64,000 nt of DNA, taken from positions 50,008 to 114,007 of IMG/VR virus record IMGVR_UViG_3300046522_000297. One strand, given 5' to 3'. A model generated the notes under the pieces. That model was given only the letters and a program-made list of their open reading frames with translations, searched no databases and was not told the DNA's origin. This document shows positions 26,124 through 35,492 of the stretch, piece after piece. This stretch comes from a virus. The first letter of the stretch is position 1; every line of letters begins with the position of its first letter. The translations under genes and the position numbers were made by a program.

Positions 26124-26210
26124 ATAACGAAGGCATGGTATAAGGGAATTGTAAGGGAGAGTCAATCTCTCTTACGTATGTTTAACCGTTAGTTTTAAGG
26201 AAGTTCCCAA

Positions 26211-26396
26211 ATGGCATCTACCCTCAATGTCACCGAGTATCTCGAAGAAGGCTTCGCTCTGATCGAAGATACCGAGGGCACGTATCTGGCGTCTAAACAT
26301 ACTGATGCAATCGTTGATATTCCCAAAGTAATTCCCCCAGTCATTCCTACTCGTAACTGCATCTTGGTGCAGTCTCGTGAAGCGATGCTGACCTAA
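26211..26396 (+). CDS. small hypothetical protein
   Basis: RBS AAGGAAG, promoter motif 26136. Confidence 0.6.
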   Translation: MASTLNVTEYLEEGFALIEDTEGTYLASKHTDAIVDIPKVIPPVIPTRNCILVQSREAMLT

Positions 26397-26627
26397 TCTT
26401 TAGGTCCGAGGAGCTTCGGCTCCTCTCCACGATCAAGTATAGTAGTCTAATAAGACAGGAAAGATGTAACAGCTTTCTAAATTCTTTCGGCTGCGCCGAT
26501 AGGCCTGGAGGTTCACGTCAACGACGTGACGTCCGTCGACCAGGTCCTCTGCAGCTGAAGAGCTCATCTCCTTGCAGCTCACCTCAACGAGTTGATCGTT
26601 TCACCCAGCCTGTGATATACTGCAGGC

Positions 26628-27838
26628 TTCACAACTTAATGTATGTTAGGCCTTGAGACGAAAGTCTCTTGAAGTCTAAGGTGGATGCCACATTCACTGT
26701 GTACTTCTCCTCCTACGGGGAGAAAAACCTGGCGGCCTCCGGCCACCGGTGTGATCTCGAACCCGGGTACTGCTTAGCTCCTTTAATAAAGAAGTTAAAC
26801 CAGGTACCTGGAGACCGGATGTGAGATCACAAGATTAAGTTATTTTCCGTCCTTAGTATTAAGCAAGTAACACCTTGCTACAGAAGGTAACCTTCTGGTA
26901 CTAGCTTGGGCTTTATCGCTACGCTCAAGCCCAGAGATGAATAGACTCCCTGGGATCCGCCGGCGCCGATCGCCGACGTATCTACGTCTCTTATGTGTAA
27001 GGACACTTTCGAACTTTGGTACAACAAGGGTATTACGCCTTTGTATCACGAGGCTACCTCGTGGGAGTACACTGGAATCAATGATTAATCCTGCGCTCAA
27101 GCATTGAGAAGTCAATGCCCGCTTGGATCATCGAGCAAAGTTCAATACCGGGTATGGGCACCGCCTCACTAAGAAAAGGGCCTTTCGACTTTAGTATTAA
27201 AGATAGAGAACCTATCTTCTACGATGCAACATTGTAGGTTTAGAGTTCTCATCACCTCTGGTGACCCCACCTCAGCTACATCCCTCTCTATGCTGTGGGC
27301 GCTCCGCTCAGGATGTATCAGAGGAGTGGTAACCAGAGGAGATGAGTAAGAAAAAGGACCGAGGTACTACTACTAATAAGATTTAATTAGTGGGCCCTGG
27401 GAGCACCTGGTACGTAATCGAGTAAAGTCAAAGGACGTTAGCATAAAAGTAAATGCACGGGTCGTCGGGCCCGACGTAAATCTCCCGGATCTCAATGACG
27501 AAACGTTGAGACGTCCTCCGTATATTATTATTGCCACAGCGTATGTTCCTTTGTGAATAGGCTAGCCAAGCAGAGAGAGGCGCATATATCCTCTGCAGGT
27601 GTAGACGCTGCCGTCATTTCGGTCTCCTCCCATAGATATAAAATCTGCCAATTAAAGTGAGAGTAGGTTCTCACCCAAACGACAACTGTCGGCGGTGGAT
27701 GGAAATTCTATGGAGCGTTGATACACCAGACAACTCGGAAAGACGGGTAACGTAGCTGTCACTACGCCGGTGCTCCCGATGTGGACACATCGGTTGAGCC
27801 TCTCGATCCCTACCGTAAAACGTGGGGATTTTTTTTAG
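26628..27838 (+). ncRNA. candidate very large multi-domain structured ncRNA (~1.2 kb)
   Basis: No credible ORF; TTGATC-18-TATACT promoter at 26592-26621; dense nested helices; intrinsic terminator 27805-27836. Confidence 0.65.
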
Positions 27839-27862
27839 CTTAATCAAGGTCGTCCGAGCAAC

Positions 27863-28505
27863 TGTCCAGAATTTTTGGACACTGTCCATTTTCTCAGGAC
27901 ATCTGTCCACCTCTATACTATCAACAAACAAAGCATATATAGAAATTAATGTCCAATTGTCCAAAACGTCAAAAATAAAATTGGACACTCTAAGTCTTTG
28001 ATTTTAAAAAGAAAAAGGGCAAAGTGTCCAGTTTTTTGAGATTTTCTGAAAAACATACACCAACCTTCGTGGAGAGAGTTGGGGAGAAATCAGTAGAGCC
28101 TACCCTACCCTCAACAAATCTGCTTTTATGAATTCCCCTATTCCCCCTCTATTCACTGCCTCTCTATATATATAATATATAATATATAAATAATAAATAT
28201 ATATATATATAGGTAATATGACGCAGTTTTTTGACTCGTAGAGGTTGATAGGGCTTCTCCCATTTTTCCAAAAATTCTGCGATATTTTTTATAAAGGTGG
28301 GTGTATGTTTTTCAAAAAATCGAAAAAAACTGGACACTTGGCCTATAAGGCTAGTAGACACAAGCGAAAAGGGTGTCCAGTTTTATTTTCCTATTTTTGG
28401 ACACTCTGGACACCTTCTCTAAATGTCTTTATTTTAAAAGGGTTTTAAGTGTCCAGTGCGCACAGTGAAATTGGACACCTGTCCAAAAAACTGGACACTT
28501 GTCCT
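27863..28505. repeat. putative replication origin: TGTCCA/TGGACA iterons, 46-bp inverted repeat, AT-rich core
   Basis: 16 copies of TGTCCA/TGGACA (8 on each side); IR 28022-28067 / 28294-28339 (4 mismatches); pure A/T tract 28165-28211. Confidence 0.7.
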
Positions 28506-28617
28506 GATTTAGACCCATTTGTTTCTTCTAAGTAATTAAAAACCTCCAATTTTGGTATAAGTAAGATACCTATAACTTGATTCCCCCTTTACAAACCAAA
28601 TTTAGAGGTAATTTATC

Positions 28618-28842
28618 ATGCAACGTCATTCAGAAATTCTGGTTATTGTGGGCGGCAAGCAAGTGCACGTCATTCACGATCCCGCTCATCCCCCCGCTCC
28701 GCAGTCTTTCTTGGAGATACCCGACAGAGAATCTATAACCCGCTCCACCGAGCTGTACGTAACCAAGGTCAAGAACAAGTATCCAGACTCAAACGATGCC
28801 ACCTCCCCAATGGTCATCGAATGTGAATGCATACCTGTTTAA
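28618..28842 (+). CDS. hypothetical protein
   Basis: RBS GAGGT, promoter motif 28553. Confidence 0.6.
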   Translation: MQRHSEILVIVGGKQVHVIHDPAHPPAPQSFLEIPDRESITRSTELYVTKVKNKYPDSNDATSPMVIECECIPV

Positions 28843-28932
28843 GACATGAGCCGAGGATTAACCCTCGGTTTTAGATTCAATGATATACTCTTATTTGGTA
28901 TAAGACTATGTAACTAACTACGACTAAGAACA

Positions 28933-29559
28933 ATGGCTATTAATAATTTACCACTATCTGAATTTTTAGATTTACACAACTCTGCCGCGATGGAAGGTCA
29001 GGTTATGATTTCCCCTACTACGATTTTCCCCACACACCCTTCGCCCACCGCCTCAGCTACTATCGCGCCACCTTTGACCCGGACTAATATTCGCCCTGAG
29101 GTAACTGTAACCATGAACTCTCCTGCGACACACCTTGATGAAACTGCGTTGAGGGTAGCGGAACGGGCAACTATGGAGAGGATAAGGAACGAACTCTATA
29201 GGAGTAATCAAGATAGATGGTTCCAGCCCCAAGAGTTTTCCAGCGACTTCTTCACAGGTGTTCAAAATTCTTTTAGATACTTATCTGAACAGAACGATGA
29301 GCACACGGATATACGGAACATTCGACCTATTGGAGCGAGGATCTCTCAGGAATCCCCTAACACTCAGAGGGTTAAGGTAGCCGTACAAAGTCCTAAAGTA
29401 TCCAACCACTCCGACTTGGTAAAGTTCTTCAAAGAAAAAGTAGAGCTGAAGCTCAACGGCATAAAAACCGATACAACCATCGAACTAACCCTCAGTCTCA
29501 ACCTCGTGGATACCGGGGAAGAGATTCTTTCAACCCAAGAAGTAATCGAATTGGACTAA
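28933..29559 (+). CDS. hypothetical protein
   Basis: Promoter motif 28896; 208 aa. Confidence 0.65.
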   Translation: MAINNLPLSEFLDLHNSAAMEGQVMISPTTIFPTHPSPTASATIAPPLTRTNIRPEVTVTMNSPATHLDETALRVAERATMERIRNELYRSNQDRWFQPQEFSSDFFTGVQNSFRYLSEQNDEHTDIRNIRPIGARISQESPNTQRVKVAVQSPKVSNHSDLVKFFKEKVELKLNGIKTDTTIELTLSLNLVDTGEEILSTQEVIELD

Positions 29560-29561
29560 GC

Positions 29562-30419
29562 ATGCCGACTCAAGAACAGACTCACAAAATCTACGTACTG
29601 TATCATGCTCATTGTACGGACGGTACCGGTAGTAAGTACGCAGCCTGGAAAAGGCTCCACCACAGGGCGACGTACATCGCTGTGAACTACAATCAGCCGA
29701 TGCCGGAGCTGGAGCCGGGGAGTGAGATCTATATCGTTGACTTCTCCTACCCTAAAACCGTTTTAGAGGCCCTACAAGCCACGCACAAGAGTGTGGTAGT
29801 ACTCGACCACCATAAGACCGCTGAAGAGGCTCTGAGGGGCGTTAAAGGCTGCGTATTCGATATGCACAGGAGTGGGTGCGTCATGGCGTGGGAATATTTC
29901 CACCCCAACACCCCTGTTCCGAATCTTTTGCTCGATATCCAGGATCGGGATCTGTGGAAGTTCGAACGTCCCAATTCCAAAGCAGTACATGCAGGTTTGA
30001 ATCTCCTGGAAGGGGACATGCATGAATGGGATAAAGCGGCGACTATTCCGAACCATTACGACAAGCTGGTGAAGTCGGGTAATTTACTGCTTAAGAAACA
30101 AGATCTGGCAGTGAAGTCCGCTGTCAAGAGTAAGACTAAAGTTATTGACTTTTTAGGTTACAAGTGTGGCATCACAAATCAGACTGACTTATCGAGCGAG
30201 ATTGGCAATGGTATCTGTTTGAGCAAAGAGTTGAACGTTGACTTCGCCGTTGTATATTGTATTACGGCTAAGGATGATGTACTATTGTCGTTCCGTAGCT
30301 TGGACGACTTTGATGTAAGTGAGCTGGCCAAGAAGTTTGGTGGGGGCGGTCATAAAAACGCGTCGGGTGCATCTGTAAATATTGAGACTTTGGTGAGTAT
30401 CTTGAAAGGTGGAATGTGA
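29562..30419 (+). CDS. DHH/DHHA1 phosphoesterase
   Basis: YHAHCTDG, IVDFS, LDHHKT, DRDLW, SFRS...FGGGGHKNASG. Confidence 0.92.
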   Translation: MPTQEQTHKIYVLYHAHCTDGTGSKYAAWKRLHHRATYIAVNYNQPMPELEPGSEIYIVDFSYPKTVLEALQATHKSVVVLDHHKTAEEALRGVKGCVFDMHRSGCVMAWEYFHPNTPVPNLLLDIQDRDLWKFERPNSKAVHAGLNLLEGDMHEWDKAATIPNHYDKLVKSGNLLLKKQDLAVKSAVKSKTKVIDFLGYKCGITNQTDLSSEIGNGICLSKELNVDFAVVYCITAKDDVLLSFRSLDDFDVSELAKKFGGGGHKNASGASVNIETLVSILKGGM

Positions 30420-30712
30420 ACGTATCTTTAGATTGGGATGGGACTTACACCCGAGATCCCGAGTGCTGGAATGAAATTATTGACACTTTCCAAAAAAATG
30501 GACATTCTGTATTTTTGGTAACGATGAGAACCCCCGATGAAGGTAGAGACGTCCGGGAAGCTTTACAGAACAAGGTTGATGGTATTTTCTTTACGTCAAG
30601 GAAAGCCAAACAACCTTTCATGTTTGAACGAGGTATTTCCATAGATGTATGGCTGGACGACATCCCCTACTTTGTAAACAACCATGCCCCTGCCCCGGTA
30701 AGGGTGGGCTGA
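30416..30712 (+). CDS. small HAD-like protein
   Basis: SLDWDGTYT...VTMR...IDVWLDD. Confidence 0.75.
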   Translation: MNVSLDWDGTYTRDPECWNEIIDTFQKNGHSVFLVTMRTPDEGRDVREALQNKVDGIFFTSRKAKQPFMFERGISIDVWLDDIPYFVNNHAPAPVRVG

Positions 30713-30741
30713 AATAAAAATTTAACTAGAAAAATAATAAT

Positions 30742-31176
30742 ATGAGCGATAAAGAACAAGTATACACTGACGAACTCTTTAATACGGCTGTTGGGTGTTT
30801 GCCGATTTATGAGCTTTTTGAGAAAGATACGTATGAAGAAGATAATCTCAGCATTGCAGGTTGCAATCCTGATCCTGAGCCTGGTGCAGCAATTCCGGAA
30901 TCGGCGATCGGGTTCCTAGAAGAAGCTCGTAAGCAGATGGAGGCAAGGGCTCAGCTTCGTGATAGTCAATCCGGAGAGCGCACTGCGGCCAAGATTGCGG
31001 CAGTGTTCAATGCTCTTACGGATCACAACCTTACTGAAGCAGATGCCTGGACCTTCCTCATTGTTATGAAGATGGTTAGAGCCCAGGCCGGTAATTATCA
31101 TAGGGATGATTATGTCGACGGAGCGGCCTACATGTCGCTACTGGGAGAATGTGAAAGTGTAAGGGAACACAAATGA
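30742..31176 (+). CDS. DUF6378-like phage protein
   Basis: IAAVFNALT...FLIVMKMVRA...HRDDYVDGAAYMSLLGE. Confidence 0.7.
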   Translation: MSDKEQVYTDELFNTAVGCLPIYELFEKDTYEEDNLSIAGCNPDPEPGAAIPESAIGFLEEARKQMEARAQLRDSQSGERTAAKIAAVFNALTDHNLTEADAWTFLIVMKMVRAQAGNYHRDDYVDGAAYMSLLGECESVREHK

Positions 31177-31445
31177 TTCAAAATGATATCGTGGATACGG
31201 CGTGGGGAGCGCCTTTGAAACCTGAGGTGAAATCCTTGGCGTCAGAGGCTTTGGCACCCGTGCCTAAATTTATCATCGGCAGTATGGTTCAGGGGGTGAC
31301 TGATAACCTGACCAAACTCTGCGACATGATCGAAGGTGACATTGAATACTTCAATAAGTACCTAGGTCAAGCTATGGCAGTCAATCGCCTTGCTATGATC
31401 AAGTACTTCATTAAGAATGAAATCAAAGCCTTGCAAGCCCTGTAA
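31173..31445 (+). CDS. hypothetical protein
   Basis: ATGA-coupled ORF. Confidence 0.6.
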   Translation: MIQNDIVDTAWGAPLKPEVKSLASEALAPVPKFIIGSMVQGVTDNLTKLCDMIEGDIEYFNKYLGQAMAVNRLAMIKYFIKNEIKALQAL

Positions 31446-31481
31446 TACGCAACAAACTCTAATAATAACAGAATAAGAACA

Positions 31482-32204
31482 ATGAATAAAATCAACGTCA
31501 AACAAGTAGAAACCATGCTGGCCCTCCAGGAAGCTTCTTGCGCTATGTATAATCCTAACTGGAGAAAGGACCGCCCGGCATATACCGATGCGATCTGGAC
31601 CGAAGCGGCTGAAGCGTATAACCATACGAATTGGGAATGGTGGAAGAAACAGAGTGATACCATTGACTACGGTCAGATCAACATGGAAGTCGTCGATGTG
31701 TGGCACTTTGTTCTTTCCGAACTTCTACTCCATGAAGAAGTCGACGGAGTTACTTACACCGGTCTGATCGAGACTATCGACAAAGAAGTTCAAGCGGTTG
31801 ATCTTGGCTTCGGTATCGAGGCTGTAAAGAGAGCCCTTAAAACCATCGTCGGTTCTGCTATTGTTCCGCCGGACGAGTCCCGCATCATTATGATCCTGGC
31901 CTCATTCATCCGGCTGCTTAGAACTCTTAACATGTCGTGGGATACGCTATACAAGCTTTACGTTGGTAAGAATGCCCTGAATCAATTTAGACAGGATAAC
32001 GGGTATAAGACTGATACTAAAGCCTATAAAGCAAAATGGGCTGAAGAAAAGGGTTGGGAAGATAATCAATATCTGACCGAGTACTTAAACACCTTGGAGA
32101 GTATCCCGGAGGATTCGGCAGAATTCCGAAAGCAAATCATGGATGCTCTTCAGACCATGTACAATAGTAAAGATGGGTCACAGACTAATAAAAACGAGAA
32201 TTAA
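31482..32204 (+). CDS. dimeric (all-alpha) dUTPase
   Basis: TEAAE..NH..WEWWKK, MEVVDVWHFVLS, YVGKNALNQFRQDNGYK, EDN. Confidence 0.88.
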   Translation: MNKINVKQVETMLALQEASCAMYNPNWRKDRPAYTDAIWTEAAEAYNHTNWEWWKKQSDTIDYGQINMEVVDVWHFVLSELLLHEEVDGVTYTGLIETIDKEVQAVDLGFGIEAVKRALKTIVGSAIVPPDESRIIMILASFIRLLRTLNMSWDTLYKLYVGKNALNQFRQDNGYKTDTKAYKAKWAEEKGWEDNQYLTEYLNTLESIPEDSAEFRKQIMDALQTMYNSKDGSQTNKNEN

Positions 32205-32577
32205 GGTTTATCTCGACGTAGAAATTGCGGATGTGGATTATGATAACGAGCCTTCGATTCTTCATTTGACACATCCAAAGCTTGATGGCATTCTTGAACT
32301 TTATTTAGATAAGGGTGAGGTGCCGGAAGACAGACTGGAGAGGATTGAGTGCTATGATGGGGAGGAACCTGAAGAGGAGTACGGTGCAAAATACGATCCT
32401 TTTAAGCGTAACAATCCTTCTGTTATACACTTGGGATCTTCTTCCAGTTCTTCGAGCAGTTCTGGAAGCAGTCTCGGAAGAGTTTCAGGATCACCTGATT
32501 CTCTCGATGACCGTCTTGTTAAGTTAGCAGGACTAGCAGGGAAAATACGGGGCCAACTAAAAGGCTTCAAGAAGTGA
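32143..32577 (+). CDS. hypothetical protein with poly-Ser tract
   Basis: ORF followed by terminator 32582-32611; true start may be ATG 32173. Confidence 0.6.
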   Translation: MLFRPCTIVKMGHRLIKTRIKVYLDVEIADVDYDNEPSILHLTHPKLDGILELYLDKGEVPEDRLERIECYDGEEPEEEYGAKYDPFKRNNPSVIHLGSSSSSSSSSGSSLGRVSGSPDSLDDRLVKLAGLAGKIRGQLKGFKK

Positions 32578-32696
32578 TGAAGGCCGGGTTAATAGCCCGG
32601 CTTTTTTTTTTAGATTAATGAGGCTATTTTTGGTATAAGAATAGTATATAGATATATATTACCTATCTTTACCGATACTTTAATCCGAGGGAATAC

Positions 32697-33065
32697 ATGA
32701 GCTCAATATCATATCAGATCATAGGGTGTGCTCTGCTCTTAACCGCAATACTATACTTAACCTACGAGATCCATAAACATCGCCCAGATCCCATCGGCCA
32801 GTGGCTTGGAGAAGTTTACTTAGTTAGTAAACATGGACGGGCACTCGTGTTCCGGAATAGATACTCAAGTGGACCTGCGGCGGGTCTGGCAGCAGAGGCG
32901 GCTGCTAAAAGGCTCCATAAAAAATTCAAAAAGTTTGAAATTCACTGCCCTGAAGAACATACATATTTAGTGGGTATTGAATATGTAACCATCGTCTGGT
33001 CTCTGAATGTCGTAGGCCGGTCCTCCTATGAATATTTGAAGCCCGTGAACACCCATAACATCTAA
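32697..33065 (+). CDS. membrane-anchored protein (paralog family B)
   Basis: TM + HKHRPDPIGQWL..VY.VS. Confidence 0.7.
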   Translation: MSSISYQIIGCALLLTAILYLTYEIHKHRPDPIGQWLGEVYLVSKHGRALVFRNRYSSGPAAGLAAEAAAKRLHKKFKKFEIHCPEEHTYLVGIEYVTIVWSLNVVGRSSYEYLKPVNTHNI

Positions 33066-33078
33066 CAAAGGAAAAGAA

Positions 33079-33429
33079 ATGACCCCTATCATTGCTTACG
33101 TCATTATCCCTACGCTGCTCATCCTCATCGGTGGTTTCGGCATGTACCATCAACATAACAAACACCGGCCGGATCCCTGCGGCGAATGGCTGGCTAAAGT
33201 CTACGCAGTGTCCAACCGCCACAGCAAGAGGTTAGTATTCCAACAAAGATACGAATCGTTAGTCAAGGCGGAAACTGTTGCCAAGGCCAAAGCCGATAAG
33301 CTCTATGTCACTCTCTCTAAACTTCCGAACGGAGGGGAGACTGAATTCGATTACCTCATGTACGATACCGGTATCGTAAGTAGGTCCTCTCCATATGCAG
33401 TATCTCCTGTAAATGTGTACGGGATATAA
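33079..33429 (+). CDS. membrane-anchored protein (paralog family B)
   Basis: TM + NKHRPDPCGEWL..VYAVS; shared PVN C-terminus. Confidence 0.7.
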   Translation: MTPIIAYVIIPTLLILIGGFGMYHQHNKHRPDPCGEWLAKVYAVSNRHSKRLVFQQRYESLVKAETVAKAKADKLYVTLSKLPNGGETEFDYLMYDTGIVSRSSPYAVSPVNVYGI

Positions 33430-33430
33430 T

Positions 33431-33462
33431 AAAAAAGCCAGGTTTATAGCCTGGCTTTTTTT
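33431..33462. terminator. bidirectional terminator at the convergence of the + and - gene blocks
   Basis: AAAAAAGCCAGG-TTTATAG-CCTGGCTTTTTT. Confidence 0.85.
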
Positions 33463-33466
33463 AGCT

Positions 33467-33742
33467 TCATTTAGTACATTCACCTAGAGCAGCTTTGAGT
33501 TCCGTGTTCTGGCCTCTCAGTAACTTATTCTCGGACGCTAGAGCCACTGTTTTCTCATACAGCGTCATATCCTTATCCAAGTACTGAGTCGGGTACTCAG
33601 TTATTTCAGTGACTTTCACTGTAGGTTCACATTTGGTTGCTATCGGAACGTGGACTACCTGAGTCTTAGTAACTGGGTTAGTACCACAACCTGATAACAG
33701 CAGCATACTCGTCAAAAGCAATACGATACATAGTTTGATCAT
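33467..33742 (-). CDS. o-spanin (outer-membrane lipoprotein)
   Basis: Lipobox LSGC; last gene of lysis cassette. Confidence 0.75.
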   Translation of the reverse strand: MIKLCIVLLLTSMLLLSGCGTNPVTKTQVVHVPIATKCEPTVKVTEITEYPTQYLDKDMTLYEKTVALASENKLLRGQNTELKAALGECTK

Positions 33743-34185
33743 TTTGGACTCCTTGCATCAATCAGCTCATTCATAAGTTGTTGAGTAGCAAGATAATCCT
33801 TCAACTGAACGTCTTTGTCGTTGCCACCATACTGAGACTGGTTCTTGGAAGTTATCACGGGTTGGACAGGCTTACGAGAGAGGAGGCTCTCGGAGGCCTT
33901 ATAATCGACTACCGCCTGTTTTTTAGCCTCATCTAGTGCTGCCCTAGCCTTGGCAGTGATTTCGCCTTCACGGGCCTTTAAAGCGTCCGTAGCGTTACTA
34001 CATTCCGTCAGGGCCGATACTTTATCGTCATAGGACTCTTTCAAGGCAGCGAAATTCATTTCCAGGACTCTGTATTTGTCTGATAGATGATTATAGTACA
34101 ATCCTAGCCCCACTATAAGCATGATTACCAACCCACATACGATTTGTTTAATAGATAGTTTTGGCATAGTAGGAATTCCACACAT
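33739..34185 (-). CDS. i-spanin
   Basis: N-terminal TM plus periplasmic coiled coil, between endolysin and lipoprotein. Confidence 0.75.
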   Translation of the reverse strand: MCGIPTMPKLSIKQIVCGLVIMLIVGLGLYYNHLSDKYRVLEMNFAALKESYDDKVSALTECSNATDALKAREGEITAKARAALDEAKKQAVVDYKASESLLSRKPVQPVITSKNQSQYGGNDKDVQLKDYLATQQLMNELIDARSPK

Positions 34186-34721
34186 TATATACCTAGTACT
34201 TTTTTAGCTCTAGCCCAGTAGTTTTTACGGTCTTCGAGACCATTATATCCGCCATTGATACGTTTTGTAACTAGTTTGAAAGCGTCTTCCGTGTTAGTAA
34301 CGGCGATGGTGTTCAGCTTTCTACTATTCCAAAACCATCCTGCGCTCTTAGTTGCCCACTCTGGGGTCTCCAGGAGTTCTGGCTTGTTTATGAAATCTAC
34401 GCCGAATGCTTTGGACAGTTCAGCGTAATTTGCACGGCCGGTAATCTGTATAAGACCGCGACCTTTAAAACGGACACCGTCACCTTTTTGGACGTTGCCC
34501 AGATCTTTTCTGCCTTCATAGGCTTCACCACTTGCTAGCTCCTTAGTATAGATACAGGCTCCAGACTCATGCATAATTTGGGCGATGAACATTGCTACCT
34601 GGCTTGGCGTACTGATGCCATAAGTTCCAAGAGTCTCATTGATGTACATAGTGTACACGCTAAGCTTAGGTTCTTTGATAGTCGGTGCAATGGCGGAGAA
34701 CTGTTCTTTCGTTAAGGACAT
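34185..34721 (-). CDS. endolysin, glycoside hydrolase family 19
   Basis: FIAQIMHESG, YEGRKDLGN..GDG.RFKGRGLIQITGRANY, SAGWFW, TKRINGGYNGLEDR. Confidence 0.95.
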   Translation of the reverse strand: MSLTKEQFSAIAPTIKEPKLSVYTMYINETLGTYGISTPSQVAMFIAQIMHESGACIYTKELASGEAYEGRKDLGNVQKGDGVRFKGRGLIQITGRANYAELSKAFGVDFINKPELLETPEWATKSAGWFWNSRKLNTIAVTNTEDAFKLVTKRINGGYNGLEDRKNYWARAKKVLGI

Positions 34722-34726
34722 GGCGA

Positions 34727-35089
34727 TTACTTCTTAGAGAATATTTCTTTCAATAGCTGTTTAATCTTATTACGGAAGGGTGCTTTCATCAAGATGGACG
34801 CTTCATAAAACAAAATCCAGCTTAGTAAAATCACCATCGTAATTTGAAAAGTATTAAACGTGGCATGATATTTTAGGAATTCATCAGGGGCCAGGATAAT
34901 CATAAATAGATTACTAATGGCCTCTATATTAATGAATGCCAACATGTATTTCAGGGACATTATCCCTATACCTTTTATGTTAGTCAGTTCCAGGGCGGCA
35001 ATAAAAGATACCACCCCTAAAACAATACATAGCAGGGCTGTAGAGAACAGCTCCGGGCTTGTGATTATGAGATACAGATTCTCCATCAT
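34727..35089 (-). CDS. multi-TM membrane protein in lysis cassette
   Basis: Three hydrophobic segments, basic C-tail. Confidence 0.6.
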   Translation of the reverse strand: MMENLYLIITSPELFSTALLCIVLGVVSFIAALELTNIKGIGIMSLKYMLAFINIEAISNLFMIILAPDEFLKYHATFNTFQITMVILLSWILFYEASILMKAPFRNKIKQLLKEIFSKK

Positions 35090-35472
35090 TGGGCGTCCCC
35101 CTTGTCTTTCTCAGAACCTACAGTGGTTCCAATAGCTCTATTTACTAGGCTACTGATCACATCACCACCTCGGTCTTCGATCCATTTTAGTAAAGCTCTA
35201 ACGACGAAAACCCCAGTTGCGCCCATAACCCAGGAAAGTGCAACAACCCCTTCCAGAGATGTAACACCGAGTTTCTGAGCAAGCCAAGGACCTACAAAGA
35301 TAGAGAAGTTGGACCCCGTTACCGCCATGAAGAATCCATTAATAGCTGTGATCTTGGCTCTGTCTGCCAAAGCAAGGATAGGTATAATACTTCCACATAC
35401 CCCTGCTATAATGCTCCATATTTTCGCTATTGAAAAATAGGTAACAACTGATGTTGATACTGGTTCCGTCAT
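35086..35472 (-). CDS. putative holin
   Basis: Three TM segments, charged C-terminus, upstream of endolysin. Confidence 0.65.
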   Translation of the reverse strand: MTEPVSTSVVTYFSIAKIWSIIAGVCGSIIPILALADRAKITAINGFFMAVTGSNFSIFVGPWLAQKLGVTSLEGVVALSWVMGATGVFVVRALLKWIEDRGGDVISSLVNRAIGTTVGSEKDKGDAQ

Positions 35473-35492
35473 TTCTTTTTCCAGGTTAGTGA

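Noticed and set aside
26400-27838. Group I/II intron, tmRNA or RNase P RNA
   Set aside because: No interrupted host gene, no recognisable domain V or P7 core, no tRNA-like ends with CCA, no GAGGAAAGUCC motif seen by eye; a covariance search is still needed.
26840-28448. Short ORFs 26840-27115, 27671-27988, 28164-28361, 28245-28448
   Set aside because: No RBS, atypical composition, and they overlap structured-RNA or iteron sequence.
27863-28505. CRISPR array
   Set aside because: Repeats are 6-10 nt, occur in both orientations with irregular spacing, and no cas genes are present.
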